A stretch of DNA of 64,000 nt from Escherichia coli. Lineage in GTDB: Bacteria; Pseudomonadota; Gammaproteobacteria; Enterobacterales; Enterobacteriaceae. Numbering within the stretch: the stretch's first letter is position 1; the number at the start of each line of letters is the position of its first letter. This document shows, one piece after another, positions 48,736 to 58,548 of the stretch. The notes below the pieces were generated by a model, which saw only the letters and a list, made by a program, of their open reading frames with translations, had not been told where the DNA came from and ran no database searches. The stretch lies in NCBI RefSeq assembly GCF_046105845.1, contig NZ_CP151004.1. The stretch is one strand, 5' to 3'. Made by a program: the position numbers and the translations under genes.

Positions 48736-51126
48736 ATGGCAATTAACAATACAGGCTCGCGACGATTACTCGTCACGCTAACAGCCCTTTTTGCAGCGCT
48801 TTGCGGGCTGTATCTACTCATTGGCGGAGGCTGGCTGGTCGCGATTGGCGGCTCCTGGTACTACCCTATCGCTGGCCTTGTGATGCTCGGCGTCGCCTGG
48901 ATGCTGTGGCGCAGTAAACGCGCCGCGCTTTGGCTATACGCCGCCCTGCTGCTCGGCACCATGATTTGGGGCGTCTGGGAAGTTGGTTTCGACTTCTGGG
49001 CGCTGACTCCGCGTAGCGACATTCTGGTCTTCTTCGGCATCTGGCTGATCCTGCCGTTTGTCTGGCGTCGCCTGGTCATTCCTGCCAGCGGCGCAGTTGC
49101 CGCCCTGGTGGTGGCGTTGCTGATTAGTGGCGGAATCCTCACCTGGGCGGGATTTAACGATCCGCAGGAAATCAACGGCACCTTAAGCGCCGATGCCACA
49201 CCTGCCGAAGCCATCTCACCGGTTGCCGATCAGGACTGGCCTGCGTATGGTCGCAATCAGGAAGGTCAACGCTTTTCACCACTGAAGCAAATTAACGCCG
49301 ATAACGTTCACAACCTGAAAGAAGCCTGGGTGTTCCGTACAGGCGATGTGAAACAGCCGAACGATCCGGGCGAAATCACCAATGAAGTGACGCCGATTAA
49401 AGTGGGCGATACGCTTTACCTGTGTACCGCTCACCAGCGCCTGTTTGCGCTCGATGCCGCCAGCGGCAAAGAGAAATGGCATTACGATCCTGAACTGAAA
49501 ACCAACGAGTCTTTCCAGCACGTAACCTGCCGTGGCGTCTCTTATCATGAAGCCAAAGCAGAAACGGCCTCGCCAGAAGTGATGGCGGATTGCCCGCGTC
49601 GTATCATTCTTCCGGTCAATGATGGTCGCCTGATTGCGATTAACGCTGAAAATGGCAAGCTGTGCGAAACCTTCGCTAATAAAGGCGTGCTCAATCTGCA
49701 AAGCAATATGCCGGACACCAAGCCGGGTCTGTATGAGCCGACTTCGCCGCCGATTATCACCGATAAAACCATCGTGATGGCCGGTTCAGTCACCGACAAC
49801 TTCTCAACCCGCGAAACGTCTGGCGTGATCCGTGGTTTTGATGTCAACACCGGGGAGCTGTTGTGGGCTTTTGATCCTGGTGCGAAAGATCCTAACGCAA
49901 TCCCGTCTGACGAACACACCTTTACCTTTAACTCGCCAAACTCGTGGGCACCAGCGGCCTATGACGCGAAGCTGGATCTGGTGTATCTGCCGATGGGCGT
50001 GACCACGCCAGATATCTGGGGCGGTAATCGCACACCGGAACAGGAACGTTATGCCAGCTCGATTCTGGCGCTGAATGCCACTACCGGGAAACTGGCGTGG
50101 AGCTACCAGACCGTTCACCACGACCTGTGGGATATGGATCTTCCGGCACAGCCGACGCTGGCGGATATCACCGTTAATGGTCAGAAAGTGCCAGTTATTT
50201 ATGCTCCGGCGAAAACCGGCAACATTTTTGTGCTCGATCGTCGTAATGGCGAACTGGTGGTTCCGGCACCGGAAAAACCGGTTCCCCAAGGTGCTGCCAA
50301 AGGCGATTACGTAACCCCAACTCAACCGTTTTCTGAACTGAGCTTCCGTCCGACGAAAGATTTGAGCGGTGCGGATATGTGGGGAGCCACCATGTTTGAC
50401 CAGCTGGTGTGCCGCGTGATGTTCCACCAGATGCGCTATGAAGGCATTTTCACCCCGCCATCTGAACAGGGTACGCTGGTCTTCCCGGGTAACCTGGGGA
50501 TGTTCGAATGGGGCGGGATTTCCGTTGATCCGAATCGTGAAGTGGCAATTGCCAACCCAATGGCACTGCCGTTTGTTTCGAAACTGATCCCACGCGGTCC
50601 GGGTAACCCGATGGAGCAGCCGAAAGACGCCAAAGGCACGGGTACGGAATCCGGCATTCAGCCGCAGTACGGTGTACCGTATGGTGTCACGCTCAACCCG
50701 TTCCTCTCACCGTTTGGTCTGCCATGTAAACAGCCAGCATGGGGTTATATCTCGGCGCTGGATCTGAAAACCAATGAAGTGGTGTGGAAGAAACGTATTG
50801 GTACGCCGCAGGACAGTATGCCGTTCCCGATGCCGGTTCCGGTGCCATTCAATATGGGGATGCCGATGCTGGGCGGGCCAATCTCCACGGCGGGTAACGT
50901 GCTGTTTATCGCCGCTACGGCAGACAACTACCTGCGCGCTTACAACATGAGCAACGGTGAAAAACTGTGGCAGGGTCGTTTACCAGCGGGTGGTCAGGCT
51001 ACGCCAATGACCTATGAAGTGAATGGCAAGCAGTATGTGGTGATCTCCGCAGGCGGTCACGGTTCATTTGGTACGAAGATGGGCGACTATATTGTGGCTT
51101 ATGCGCTGCCGGATGATGTGAAGTAA
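48736..51126 (+). CDS. gcd: Quinoprotein (PQQ-dependent) glucose dehydrogenase, membrane-bound
   Basis: ORF 48718-51126; start taken at MAINNTGSRRLLVTLTALFAALCGLYLLIGG (796 aa); N-terminal transmembrane segments then PQQ beta-propeller. Confidence 0.93.
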   Translation: MAINNTGSRRLLVTLTALFAALCGLYLLIGGGWLVAIGGSWYYPIAGLVMLGVAWMLWRSKRAALWLYAALLLGTMIWGVWEVGFDFWALTPRSDILVFFGIWLILPFVWRRLVIPASGAVAALVVALLISGGILTWAGFNDPQEINGTLSADATPAEAISPVADQDWPAYGRNQEGQRFSPLKQINADNVHNLKEAWVFRTGDVKQPNDPGEITNEVTPIKVGDTLYLCTAHQRLFALDAASGKEKWHYDPELKTNESFQHVTCRGVSYHEAKAETASPEVMADCPRRIILPVNDGRLIAINAENGKLCETFANKGVLNLQSNMPDTKPGLYEPTSPPIITDKTIVMAGSVTDNFSTRETSGVIRGFDVNTGELLWAFDPGAKDPNAIPSDEHTFTFNSPNSWAPAAYDAKLDLVYLPMGVTTPDIWGGNRTPEQERYASSILALNATTGKLAWSYQTVHHDLWDMDLPAQPTLADITVNGQKVPVIYAPAKTGNIFVLDRRNGELVVPAPEKPVPQGAAKGDYVTPTQPFSELSFRPTKDLSGADMWGATMFDQLVCRVMFHQMRYEGIFTPPSEQGTLVFPGNLGMFEWGGISVDPNREVAIANPMALPFVSKLIPRGPGNPMEQPKDAKGTGTESGIQPQYGVPYGVTLNPFLSPFGLPCKQPAWGYISALDLKTNEVVWKKRIGTPQDSMPFPMPVPVPFNMGMPMLGGPISTAGNVLFIAATADNYLRAYNMSNGEKLWQGRLPAGGQATPMTYEVNGKQYVVISAGGHGSFGTKMGDYIVAYALPDDVK

Positions 51127-51131
51127 CCATA

Positions 51132-51153
51132 ATGCCCGGAGAGATCCGGGCAT
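51132..51153. terminator. Hairpin between convergent gcd and cueO
   Basis: Stem atgcccgg / ccgggcat with 6-nt loop, flanked by A/T. Confidence 0.45.
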
Positions 51154-51172
51154 ATTTCCGAATACGGTCTTT

Positions 51173-52726
51173 TTATACCGTAAACCCTAACATCATCCCC
51201 GTATCTTCATGCTCCAGCAAATGGCAGTGCGCCATATAAGAATGTTCTTTCGGTGCATCGTGATTAAACTTCACCAGCACTTCGCTGACATTACCTTCTA
51301 CCTTAACGGTATCTTTCCAGCCTGCGCGATGAGTCGCTGGCGGTTTGCCATTTTCTGACAAGATACGGAACTGCGTACCGTGGATATGGAACGGATGCAG
51401 CATCATGTCGCCCACGCCAGAGATAACCCAACGTTCGTATTGCCCTTTCGCCGCCGCAAACATCGGCTTGTTCATATCAAACGCCTGACCGTTGATTTTA
51501 TTGGCATGGTGGAAATCGAACTTCCCGCCGTGGTTCATATGATTCATATTGCCATGCCCCATATGCCCCATCATCTGGCTGTGATCCATCCCGGCCATCG
51601 CCTGATCGCCATATTTCTCCATCAGCATCTGCATACCCATCATATCGAGCATCGGGTCCATAGAGAGTTGCAGCTTGCGTACCGTCAGCCCTTCCAGCGA
51701 AGGTAACGCAGGCAGGCTACTTAATGTGTCTGGCAAAGCACCAGAGGCACTAATGGCAATCGGCTGAATCCGCATTACCGGATGCGGCTTGTCAAAGGGC
51801 GCAATCGCCATCCCCATCTGGCTGACCGGCAGCGTCACCAGGTCAAATGGTTTGTTGTCGTTAACCTCCACCAGCACTTCAAAACGCTCACCCATCAGCA
51901 CCGGTAGCTCGCTCACCTTCACCGGTTCAGGTAGCAGACCACCGTCGCTGGCAATCACATACAGCGGGCGATTGTCGCTGGTGGCGAAATTGAGCGAACG
52001 GGCATTACAGCCATTGAGCAAACGCAGGCGCAGCCAGCCGCGCGGGGCAGCATGTTGCGGGTAGATTGCACCGTTGGTCAGCAGCGTATCGCCAAACCAG
52101 CCCACGGCGGCGGTCATCACATCCAGTTGATAATCAATCTGCCCGTCAGCGTTAAATTTTTTATCCTGAACAATCACCGGGACATCATCAATACCCCACT
52201 GTTTTGGCAGCATTAATTTCAGGATCTCGTCATCTTCAATCACCACCAAACCAGCCAGCCCCATCGCCACCTGACGTCCGGTCTTGCCATGTTGATGTGG
52301 ATGGAACCAGCAGGTAGCGGCAGGTTGATCAACGTTCAACGTCACCGAGCGCTTGCCACCTGGCGGAATAATTCCCTGCGGGCCGCCGTCGACTTCACCC
52401 GGTACTTCCAGCCCGTGCCAGTGCAACGTTGTCTCTTCCGTCAGTTGGTTGTAGATATCAACCGTTACCGCTTTGCCGCGCTGTAATTTCACCGCCGGCC
52501 CCAGCAGATTGCCGTTATAGCCCCAGGTAGTTGCAGTTTTCCCGCCAAAGGTGGACTGGCCTGCGCCAATAGTTAACTGAATGCGATTACGGGCATCGGT
52601 CGTGAGCAAATCAGGGATCGGTAACGTTGGGCGGCGTTCCGCCGCAAATACTGCGCGGCTCCACAGCGGTAAAGCCGAAGCCACGCCCAGCGCGACGGAA
52701 TATTTTAAGAAATCACGACGTTGCAT
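51173..52726 (-). CDS. cueO: Multicopper oxidase CueO
   Basis: ORF 51173-52765 (-); start taken at [28 protein letters not shown] (twin-arginine signal); Met/His-rich segment [39 protein letters not shown]; copper ligands HCHLLEH. Confidence 0.93.
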   Translation of the reverse strand: MQRRDFLKYSVALGVASALPLWSRAVFAAERRPTLPIPDLLTTDARNRIQLTIGAGQSTFGGKTATTWGYNGNLLGPAVKLQRGKAVTVDIYNQLTEETTLHWHGLEVPGEVDGGPQGIIPPGGKRSVTLNVDQPAATCWFHPHQHGKTGRQVAMGLAGLVVIEDDEILKLMLPKQWGIDDVPVIVQDKKFNADGQIDYQLDVMTAAVGWFGDTLLTNGAIYPQHAAPRGWLRLRLLNGCNARSLNFATSDNRPLYVIASDGGLLPEPVKVSELPVLMGERFEVLVEVNDNKPFDLVTLPVSQMGMAIAPFDKPHPVMRIQPIAISASGALPDTLSSLPALPSLEGLTVRKLQLSMDPMLDMMGMQMLMEKYGDQAMAGMDHSQMMGHMGHGNMNHMNHGGKFDFHHANKINGQAFDMNKPMFAAAKGQYERWVISGVGDMMLHPFHIHGTQFRILSENGKPPATHRAGWKDTVKVEGNVSEVLVKFNHDAPKEHSYMAHCHLLEHEDTGMMLGFTV

Positions 52727-52771
52727 AGTTATTTCCTTATTCTTAAGCAGGCGAAACAAAATCAAACGTTG

Positions 52772-52802
52772 AGCATAGTCCTTCCCCTTACGGGAAGGTC
52801 AA
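52772..52802 (-). promoter_or_regulatory. MerR-type (CueR) promoter of cueO
   Basis: On - strand TTGACC, 19-nt spacer containing perfect dyad CCTTCCCGTAAGGGGAAGG, TATGCT; 19-bp spacing is the MerR-family hallmark. Confidence 0.7.
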
Positions 52803-52891
52803 GCCGCAGACACAATTTAATCGACAATAATGGTCGTCGCCTCGCTCGCAGTGTGCTAACGTTTATCTTCTTTAAGCCCCTGGTAGAAGCA

Positions 52892-53239
52892 ATGAAGACG
52901 TTTTTCAGAACAGTGTTATTCGGCAGCCTGATGGCCGTCTGCGCAAACAGTTACGCGCTCAGCGAGTCTGAAGCCGAAGATATGGCCGATTTAACGGCAG
53001 TTTTTGTCTTTCTGAAGAACGATTGTGGTTACCAGAACTTACCTAACGGGCAAATTCGTCGCGCACTGGTCTTTTTCGCCCAGCAAAACCAGTGGGATCT
53101 CAGTAATTACGACACCTTCGACATGAAAGCCCTCGGTGAAGACAGCTACCGCGATCTCAGCGGCATTGGCATTCCCGTCGCTAAAAAGTGCAAAGCCCTG
53201 GCTCGCGATTCCTTAAGCCTGCTTGCCTACGTCAAATAA
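52892..53239 (+). CDS. yacC: PulS/OutS-like lipoprotein-type protein YacC
   Basis: In-frame ATG at 52892 within ORF 52721-53239 gives MKTFFRTVLFGSLMAVCANSYALSESEAEDMADLTAVFVFLKNDCGY... (115 aa). Confidence 0.88.
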   Translation: MKTFFRTVLFGSLMAVCANSYALSESEAEDMADLTAVFVFLKNDCGYQNLPNGQIRRALVFFAQQNQWDLSNYDTFDMKALGEDSYRDLSGIGIPVAKKCKALARDSLSLLAYVK

Positions 53240-53344
53240 TCCCTGATACCTTTTTGTAGAAATATTGACCGTGCATCCGCGGTCAATGTTAGCTATTATG
53301 TTGCGCCCTTTTTTTACGGGTGTTAACAAAGGAGGTATCAACCC

Positions 53345-54211
53345 ATGGCTGAAAAAAAACAGTGGCATGAAACGCTACACGACCAGTTTGGGCAGTACTT
53401 TGCGGTAGATAACGTTCTGTATCATGAAAAGACCGATCACCAGGATCTGATCATTTTTGAGAACGCTGCATTTGGTCGCGTAATGGCGCTGGATGGCGTA
53501 GTACAAACCACCGAGCGCGACGAGTTTATCTATCATGAGATGATGACCCATGTTCCGCTACTGGCCCACGGTCACGCGAAACATGTGCTGATTATCGGCG
53601 GCGGCGACGGTGCCATGCTGCGTGAAGTAACCCGACATAAAAACGTTGAGTCAATCACGATGGTGGAAATCGATGCGGGTGTCGTGTCGTTCTGCCGTCA
53701 GTATCTACCCAACCATAACGCCGGTAGCTACGACGATCCGCGCTTTAAACTGGTGATCGACGATGGCGTCAATTTCGTTAATCAAACCAGCCAGACCTTT
53801 GATGTCATTATCTCCGACTGCACCGATCCTATCGGTCCCGGCGAAAGTCTGTTCACCTCAGCATTTTATGAAGGCTGCAAACGTTGCCTGAATCCTGGCG
53901 GTATCTTCGTCGCACAAAACGGCGTCTGCTTTTTACAGCAGGAAGAGGCTATCGACAGTCATCGCAAACTCAGCCATTACTTCAGCGACGTTGGCTTTTA
54001 TCAGGCGGCGATCCCGACCTATTACGGCGGCATCATGACCTTTGCATGGGCGACAGATAACGACGCCTTACGCCATCTCTCAACCGAAATTATTCAGGCG
54101 CGTTTTCTCGCCTCTGGCCTGAAATGCCGTTATTACAATCCAGCAGTCCATACGGCAGCTTTTGCCTTACCCCAGTATCTGCAAGACGCACTGGCTTCAC
54201 AGCCGTCCTAA
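53345..54211 (+). CDS. speE: Spermidine synthase
   Basis: 288-aa [64 protein letters not shown]... Confidence 0.97.
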   Translation: MAEKKQWHETLHDQFGQYFAVDNVLYHEKTDHQDLIIFENAAFGRVMALDGVVQTTERDEFIYHEMMTHVPLLAHGHAKHVLIIGGGDGAMLREVTRHKNVESITMVEIDAGVVSFCRQYLPNHNAGSYDDPRFKLVIDDGVNFVNQTSQTFDVIISDCTDPIGPGESLFTSAFYEGCKRCLNPGGIFVAQNGVCFLQQEEAIDSHRKLSHYFSDVGFYQAAIPTYYGGIMTFAWATDNDALRHLSTEIIQARFLASGLKCRYYNPAVHTAAFALPQYLQDALASQPS

Positions 54212-54226
54212 GGAGAAGATAAGAAA

Positions 54227-55021
54227 TTGAAAAAACTGAAACTGCATGGCTTTAATAATCTGACCAAAAGTCTGAGTTTTTGTATTTACGATATCTGCTA
54301 CGCCAAAACTGCCGAAGAACGCGACGGTTATATTGCTTATATCGATGAACTCTATAATGCCAACCGTCTGACCGAAATCCTGTCAGAAACCTGTTCCATT
54401 ATCGGGGCCAATATTCTTAACATCGCCCGCCAGGATTACGAACCACAGGGTGCCAGCGTCACTATTCTGGTGAGTGAAGAACCGGTTGACCCGAAACTCA
54501 TCGACAAAACAGAACACCCCGGCCCACTGCCAGAAACGGTCGTTGCCCATCTCGATAAAAGTCATATTTGCGTACATACCTACCCGGAAAGCCATCCTGA
54601 AGGCGGTTTATGTACCTTCCGCGCCGATATTGAAGTCTCTACCTGCGGCGTGATTTCTCCGCTGAAGGCGCTGAATTACCTGATCCACCAGCTTGAGTCC
54701 GATATCGTAACCATTGATTATCGCGTGCGCGGTTTTACTCGCGACATTAACGGTATGAAGCACTTTATCGACCATGAGATTAATTCGATTCAGAACTTTA
54801 TGTCTGACGATATGAAGGCGCTGTATGACATGGTGGATGTAAACGTCTATCAGGAAAATATCTTCCATACCAAGATGTTGCTTAAAGAGTTCGACCTTAA
54901 GCACTACATGTTCCACACCAAACCGGAAGATTTAACCGACAGCGAGCGCCAGGAAATTACCGCTGCGCTGTGGAAAGAAATGCGCGAGATTTATTACGGG
55001 CGCAATATGCCAGCTGTTTAA
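54227..55021 (+). CDS. speD: S-adenosylmethionine decarboxylase proenzyme
   Basis: 264-aa ORF starting at TTG (M)[47 protein letters not shown]...; pyruvoyl-enzyme family. Confidence 0.95.
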
Positions 55022-55026
55022 CGGCT

Positions 55027-55052
55027 CTGGCGGAGCTCCCAGGCTCCGCCAG
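55027..55052. terminator. Hairpin between convergent speD and yacL
   Basis: Perfect 10-bp stem ctggcggagc / gctccgccag with 6-nt loop, followed by ATTTATTT on + strand. Confidence 0.55.
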
Positions 55053-55058
55053 ATTTAT

Positions 55059-55421
55059 TTACTTCTGCTGCACGAAATTACGGTAAGCCGCCACCACCTG
55101 CAGAAAATCCTCAACGCCACATAGCGACAGGCTTTCTTCATCGTAGTAGTTCATCCCCTCTTCCATTTCATCGCCAGCGAATTCCAGTTGATTGGCGCGA
55201 ACCATCACTTCTTCGCCGTCCATCCATAGCGTGTACTCATGCCCTGCCCGCTGCCAGGAACGTTCGCTACCTTTGAGCGTGCGCGCGGCGTCTTCCACTT
55301 CATCAAGCAAGGCCAGGTTTTCTTTCACCTCTTCGTTAAACCAGTGCCCGACCACTTCATGCCCCATGGACATACGCACCTTTACCACTCCGGTAATATC
55401 ACGCAGAAATTCGTAATCCAT
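55059..55421 (-). CDS. yacL: UPF0231 family protein YacL
   Basis: ORF 55059-55469 (-); start taken at [33 protein letters not shown] (120 aa). Confidence 0.88.
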   Translation of the reverse strand: MDYEFLRDITGVVKVRMSMGHEVVGHWFNEEVKENLALLDEVEDAARTLKGSERSWQRAGHEYTLWMDGEEVMVRANQLEFAGDEMEEGMNYYDEESLSLCGVEDFLQVVAAYRNFVQQK

Positions 55422-55526
55422 AGTGTGTTCCTCTGCTCCCGGCAATGCGCCGAAATCGCATTGCGCCATTGATGTAATTATCGCAGCCTTACCGGAGAAA
55501 AACAGCGGAACGGCGATGGTTTAGAA

Positions 55527-55563
55527 ATAAAAAAATGCCCGGGAATCTCATTCACCGGGCATT
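55527..55563 (-). terminator. Rho-independent terminator after acnB
   Basis: On - strand stem aatgcccgg / ccgggcatt with 12-nt loop followed by a long T run (window A-run 55527-55535). Confidence 0.7.
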
Positions 55564-55596
55564 GTGTCGTTTATGCGCAGCGCATGCGCTTACTTA

Positions 55597-58194
55597 TTAA
55601 ACCGCAGTCTGGAAAATCACCCCATCGGCTTTTTCGGTGTACTGAGAAAGCTGGTTGAAGTTCAGGTAACGGTAAGTATCAACGGCAGTTTTATCCACCT
55701 GCGCCACGTAGGTCTGGTACTCTTCCGGCGTCGGCAGTTTGCCAATCAGCGCCGCAACAGCAGCCAGTTCCGCAGAAGCCAGGAAGACATTCGCGCCAGT
55801 ACCCAAACGGTTCGGGAAGTTACGGGTAGAGGTGGAAACCACCGTCGCACCGTCTGCTACACGCGCCTGGTTACCCATACACAGGGAACAGCCAGGGATC
55901 TCGATACGCGCACCACTCTTACCGAAGACGCTGTAGTAGCCTTCTTCGGTCAACTGCGCGGCGTCCATACGGGTTGGCGGTGCCACCCACAGGCGGGTCG
56001 GCAACTGGCCTTTATGCGCATCCAGCAGTTTACCCGCAGCACGGAAGTGACCGATGTTGGTCATGCAGGAACCGATAAACACTTCGTCGATCTTCTCACC
56101 CTGTACCGCAGACAGCGGACGTGCGTCATCCGGATCGTTCGGAGCACACAGGATTGGCTCTTTAATATCCGCCAGATCGATGTCGATCACTGCCGCGTAT
56201 TCCGCATCTGCATCGGCTTCCAGCAGCTCAGGATTCGCCAGCCATTTTTCCATGCCCTGAATACGACGTTCCAGGGTACGACGATCGCCGTAACCTTCCG
56301 CGATCATCCACTTCAGCAGGACGATGTTGGAGTTCAGGTATTCGATGATCGGTTCTTTGTTCAGCTTGATAGTACAACCAGCGGCAGAACGCTCGGCGGA
56401 CGCATCGGTTAGCTCAAAGGCCTGCTCAACTTTCAGATCCGGCAGACCTTCAATTTCCAGAATGCGACCAGAGAAGATGTTTTTCTTGCCTTTCTTCTCA
56501 ACGGTCAGCAGACCTTGTTTGATCGCATACAGCGGAATGGCGTGTACCAGATCGCGCAGGGTGATGCCCGGCTGCATTTTGCCTTTGAAGCGCACCAGAA
56601 CGGATTCCGGCATATCCAGCGGCATTACGCCTGTTGCGGCTGCAAATGCCACCAGACCAGAACCCGCCGGGAAAGAGATACCGATCGGGAAACGGGTATG
56701 GGAGTCACCACCGGTACCGACGGTATCCGGCAGCAGCATACGGTTCAGCCAGGAGTGGATTACGCCGTCACCCGGACGCAGCGACACACCGCCACGGTTC
56801 ATAATGAAGTCCGGCAGCGTGTGGTGCGTATTCACGTCAACTGGTTTCGGATACGCCGCGGTGTGGCAGAAAGACTGCATCACCAGGTCAGCCGAGAAGC
56901 CCAGACACGCCAGGTCTTTCAGTTCATCACGGGTCATCGGGCCGGTGGTGTCCTGTGAACCTACAGAAGTCATTTTCGGTTCGCAGTACGCGCCCGGACG
57001 AATGCCTTTCACACCGCAGGCACGACCGACCATTTTCTGCGCCAGCGAGAAGCCGCGATCGCTCTCAGCGACATCTTTCGCCTGACGGAACACATCGCTG
57101 TGCGGCAGACCAAGTGCTTCACGCGCTTTGGTGGTCAGGCCACGCCCGATAATCAGCGGAATACGGCCGCCAGCACGCACTTCATCAATCAGCACGTCGG
57201 TTTTCAGTTCGAAGGTCGCCAGCAGTTCGCCGGTTTCGTGGTTACGCACTTCACCTTTGTACGGGTAAACGTCAATTACGTCGCCCATGTTCAGGTTAGA
57301 GACGTCCACTTCAATTGGCAGTGCACCCGCATCTTCCATCGTGTTAAAGAAGATGGGTGCAATTTTACCGCCGAGGCACAAACCACCGCCGCGTTTGTTC
57401 GGCACATGTGGAATATCATCGCCCATAAACCACAGTACGGAGTTCGTGGCGGATTTACGCGAAGACCCCGTACCCACAACGTCACCGACGTACGCCAGCG
57501 GGAAACCTTTCTGTTGCAGAGCTTCGATTTGCTTGATCGGACCAACAACACCTGGCTGGTCTGGCTCAATACCTTCACGGGCGTTTTTCAGCATCGCCTG
57601 CGCGTGCAGCGGGATATCCGGGCGTGACCACGCATCCGGTGCCGGAGAAAGGTCATCGGTGTTGGTTTCGCCAGTTACTTTAAAGACGGTAACGGTCAGT
57701 TTTTCAGCCAGCGCCGGGCGATTCAGGAACCATTCGGCATCCGCCCAAGACTGCATTACCTGCTTCGCATATTCGTTGCCTGCTTTCGCTTTCTCTTCTA
57801 CGTCATAGAAATTATCGAACATCAGCAGCGTGTGAGAAAGTGCTTTGGCAGCGATCGGTGCCAGTTTGGCATCATCCAGCGCGTCGATCAGCGGATGAAT
57901 GTTGTAACCACCCTGCATGGTGCCCAGCAGTTCGATGGCTTTTTCCGGAGTCAGCAGTGGGGATTTGGCTTCACCTTTCGCGACAGCAGCCAGGAAGCCT
58001 GCTTTGACATAGGCGGCTTCATCGACGCCAGGGGGAACACGGTTGGTTAATAGATCTAACAGGAATTCTTCTTCGCCCGCGGGCGGGTTTTTCAGCAGCT
58101 CTACAAGTGCGGCCATTTGGTTTGCATCCAGGGGTTTGGGCGCAATCCCCTCAGCGGCACGCTCAGCTACGTGCTTACGGTATTCTTCTAGCAC
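55597..58194 (-). CDS. acnB: Aconitate hydratase B (2-methylisocitrate dehydratase)
   Basis: ORF 55597-58347 (-); GTG at 58192-58194 preceded by GAGGAGAA gives (M)[29 protein letters not shown]... (865 aa). Confidence 0.93.
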   Translation of the reverse strand: MLEEYRKHVAERAAEGIAPKPLDANQMAALVELLKNPPAGEEEFLLDLLTNRVPPGVDEAAYVKAGFLAAVAKGEAKSPLLTPEKAIELLGTMQGGYNIHPLIDALDDAKLAPIAAKALSHTLLMFDNFYDVEEKAKAGNEYAKQVMQSWADAEWFLNRPALAEKLTVTVFKVTGETNTDDLSPAPDAWSRPDIPLHAQAMLKNAREGIEPDQPGVVGPIKQIEALQQKGFPLAYVGDVVGTGSSRKSATNSVLWFMGDDIPHVPNKRGGGLCLGGKIAPIFFNTMEDAGALPIEVDVSNLNMGDVIDVYPYKGEVRNHETGELLATFELKTDVLIDEVRAGGRIPLIIGRGLTTKAREALGLPHSDVFRQAKDVAESDRGFSLAQKMVGRACGVKGIRPGAYCEPKMTSVGSQDTTGPMTRDELKDLACLGFSADLVMQSFCHTAAYPKPVDVNTHHTLPDFIMNRGGVSLRPGDGVIHSWLNRMLLPDTVGTGGDSHTRFPIGISFPAGSGLVAFAAATGVMPLDMPESVLVRFKGKMQPGITLRDLVHAIPLYAIKQGLLTVEKKGKKNIFSGRILEIEGLPDLKVEQAFELTDASAERSAAGCTIKLNKEPIIEYLNSNIVLLKWMIAEGYGDRRTLERRIQGMEKWLANPELLEADADAEYAAVIDIDLADIKEPILCAPNDPDDARPLSAVQGEKIDEVFIGSCMTNIGHFRAAGKLLDAHKGQLPTRLWVAPPTRMDAAQLTEEGYYSVFGKSGARIEIPGCSLCMGNQARVADGATVVSTSTRNFPNRLGTGANVFLASAELAAVAALIGKLPTPEEYQTYVAQVDKTAVDTYRYLNFNQLSQYTEKADGVIFQTAV

Positions 58195-58548
58195 GACGGT
58201 TCTCCTCGCTCTCATTGTCATAGTGCGGCAGGCGATTCTCTTCACGCTCCTGTGAGACAGCAGTTTGTAGGGTAAATGCCCAGTACCGCAACGGGCAGAA
58301 TAGCAGGATTTTGACGATGTGTTAATCTGTTTACAAAAAAGCAACATAAAAAAGTGGCTGAATCGTTAAGGATGGTCTAGAGATTGTTTCCCTCCGTAAA
58401 AACCTCGTTAATTCGCATGGTGATAATCACCTTTCTCAACGAATCCCAAGATTAGTCAAAATTTAAACTACCGCCTCTTTATACTCGGAATCACAGCACC
58501 TGCGGGTGGCAGTTCGCCGACCATTGCGATTTCCTTGAGATCCGAATT

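Noticed and set aside
49804-50427. 207-aa - strand ORF inside gcd
   Set aside because: Antisense to gcd.
51500-51700. Met/His-rich insertion in cueO as a foreign or fused segment
   Set aside because: The methionine-rich segment is a known intrinsic feature of CueO that covers the copper site.
55564-57085. Long + strand ORFs (282 and 253 aa) inside acnB
   Set aside because: Entirely antisense to a full-length conserved aconitase frame; translations are Arg/Thr/Gln-rich with no recognisable domain; typical antisense open frames in GC-rich coding DNA.
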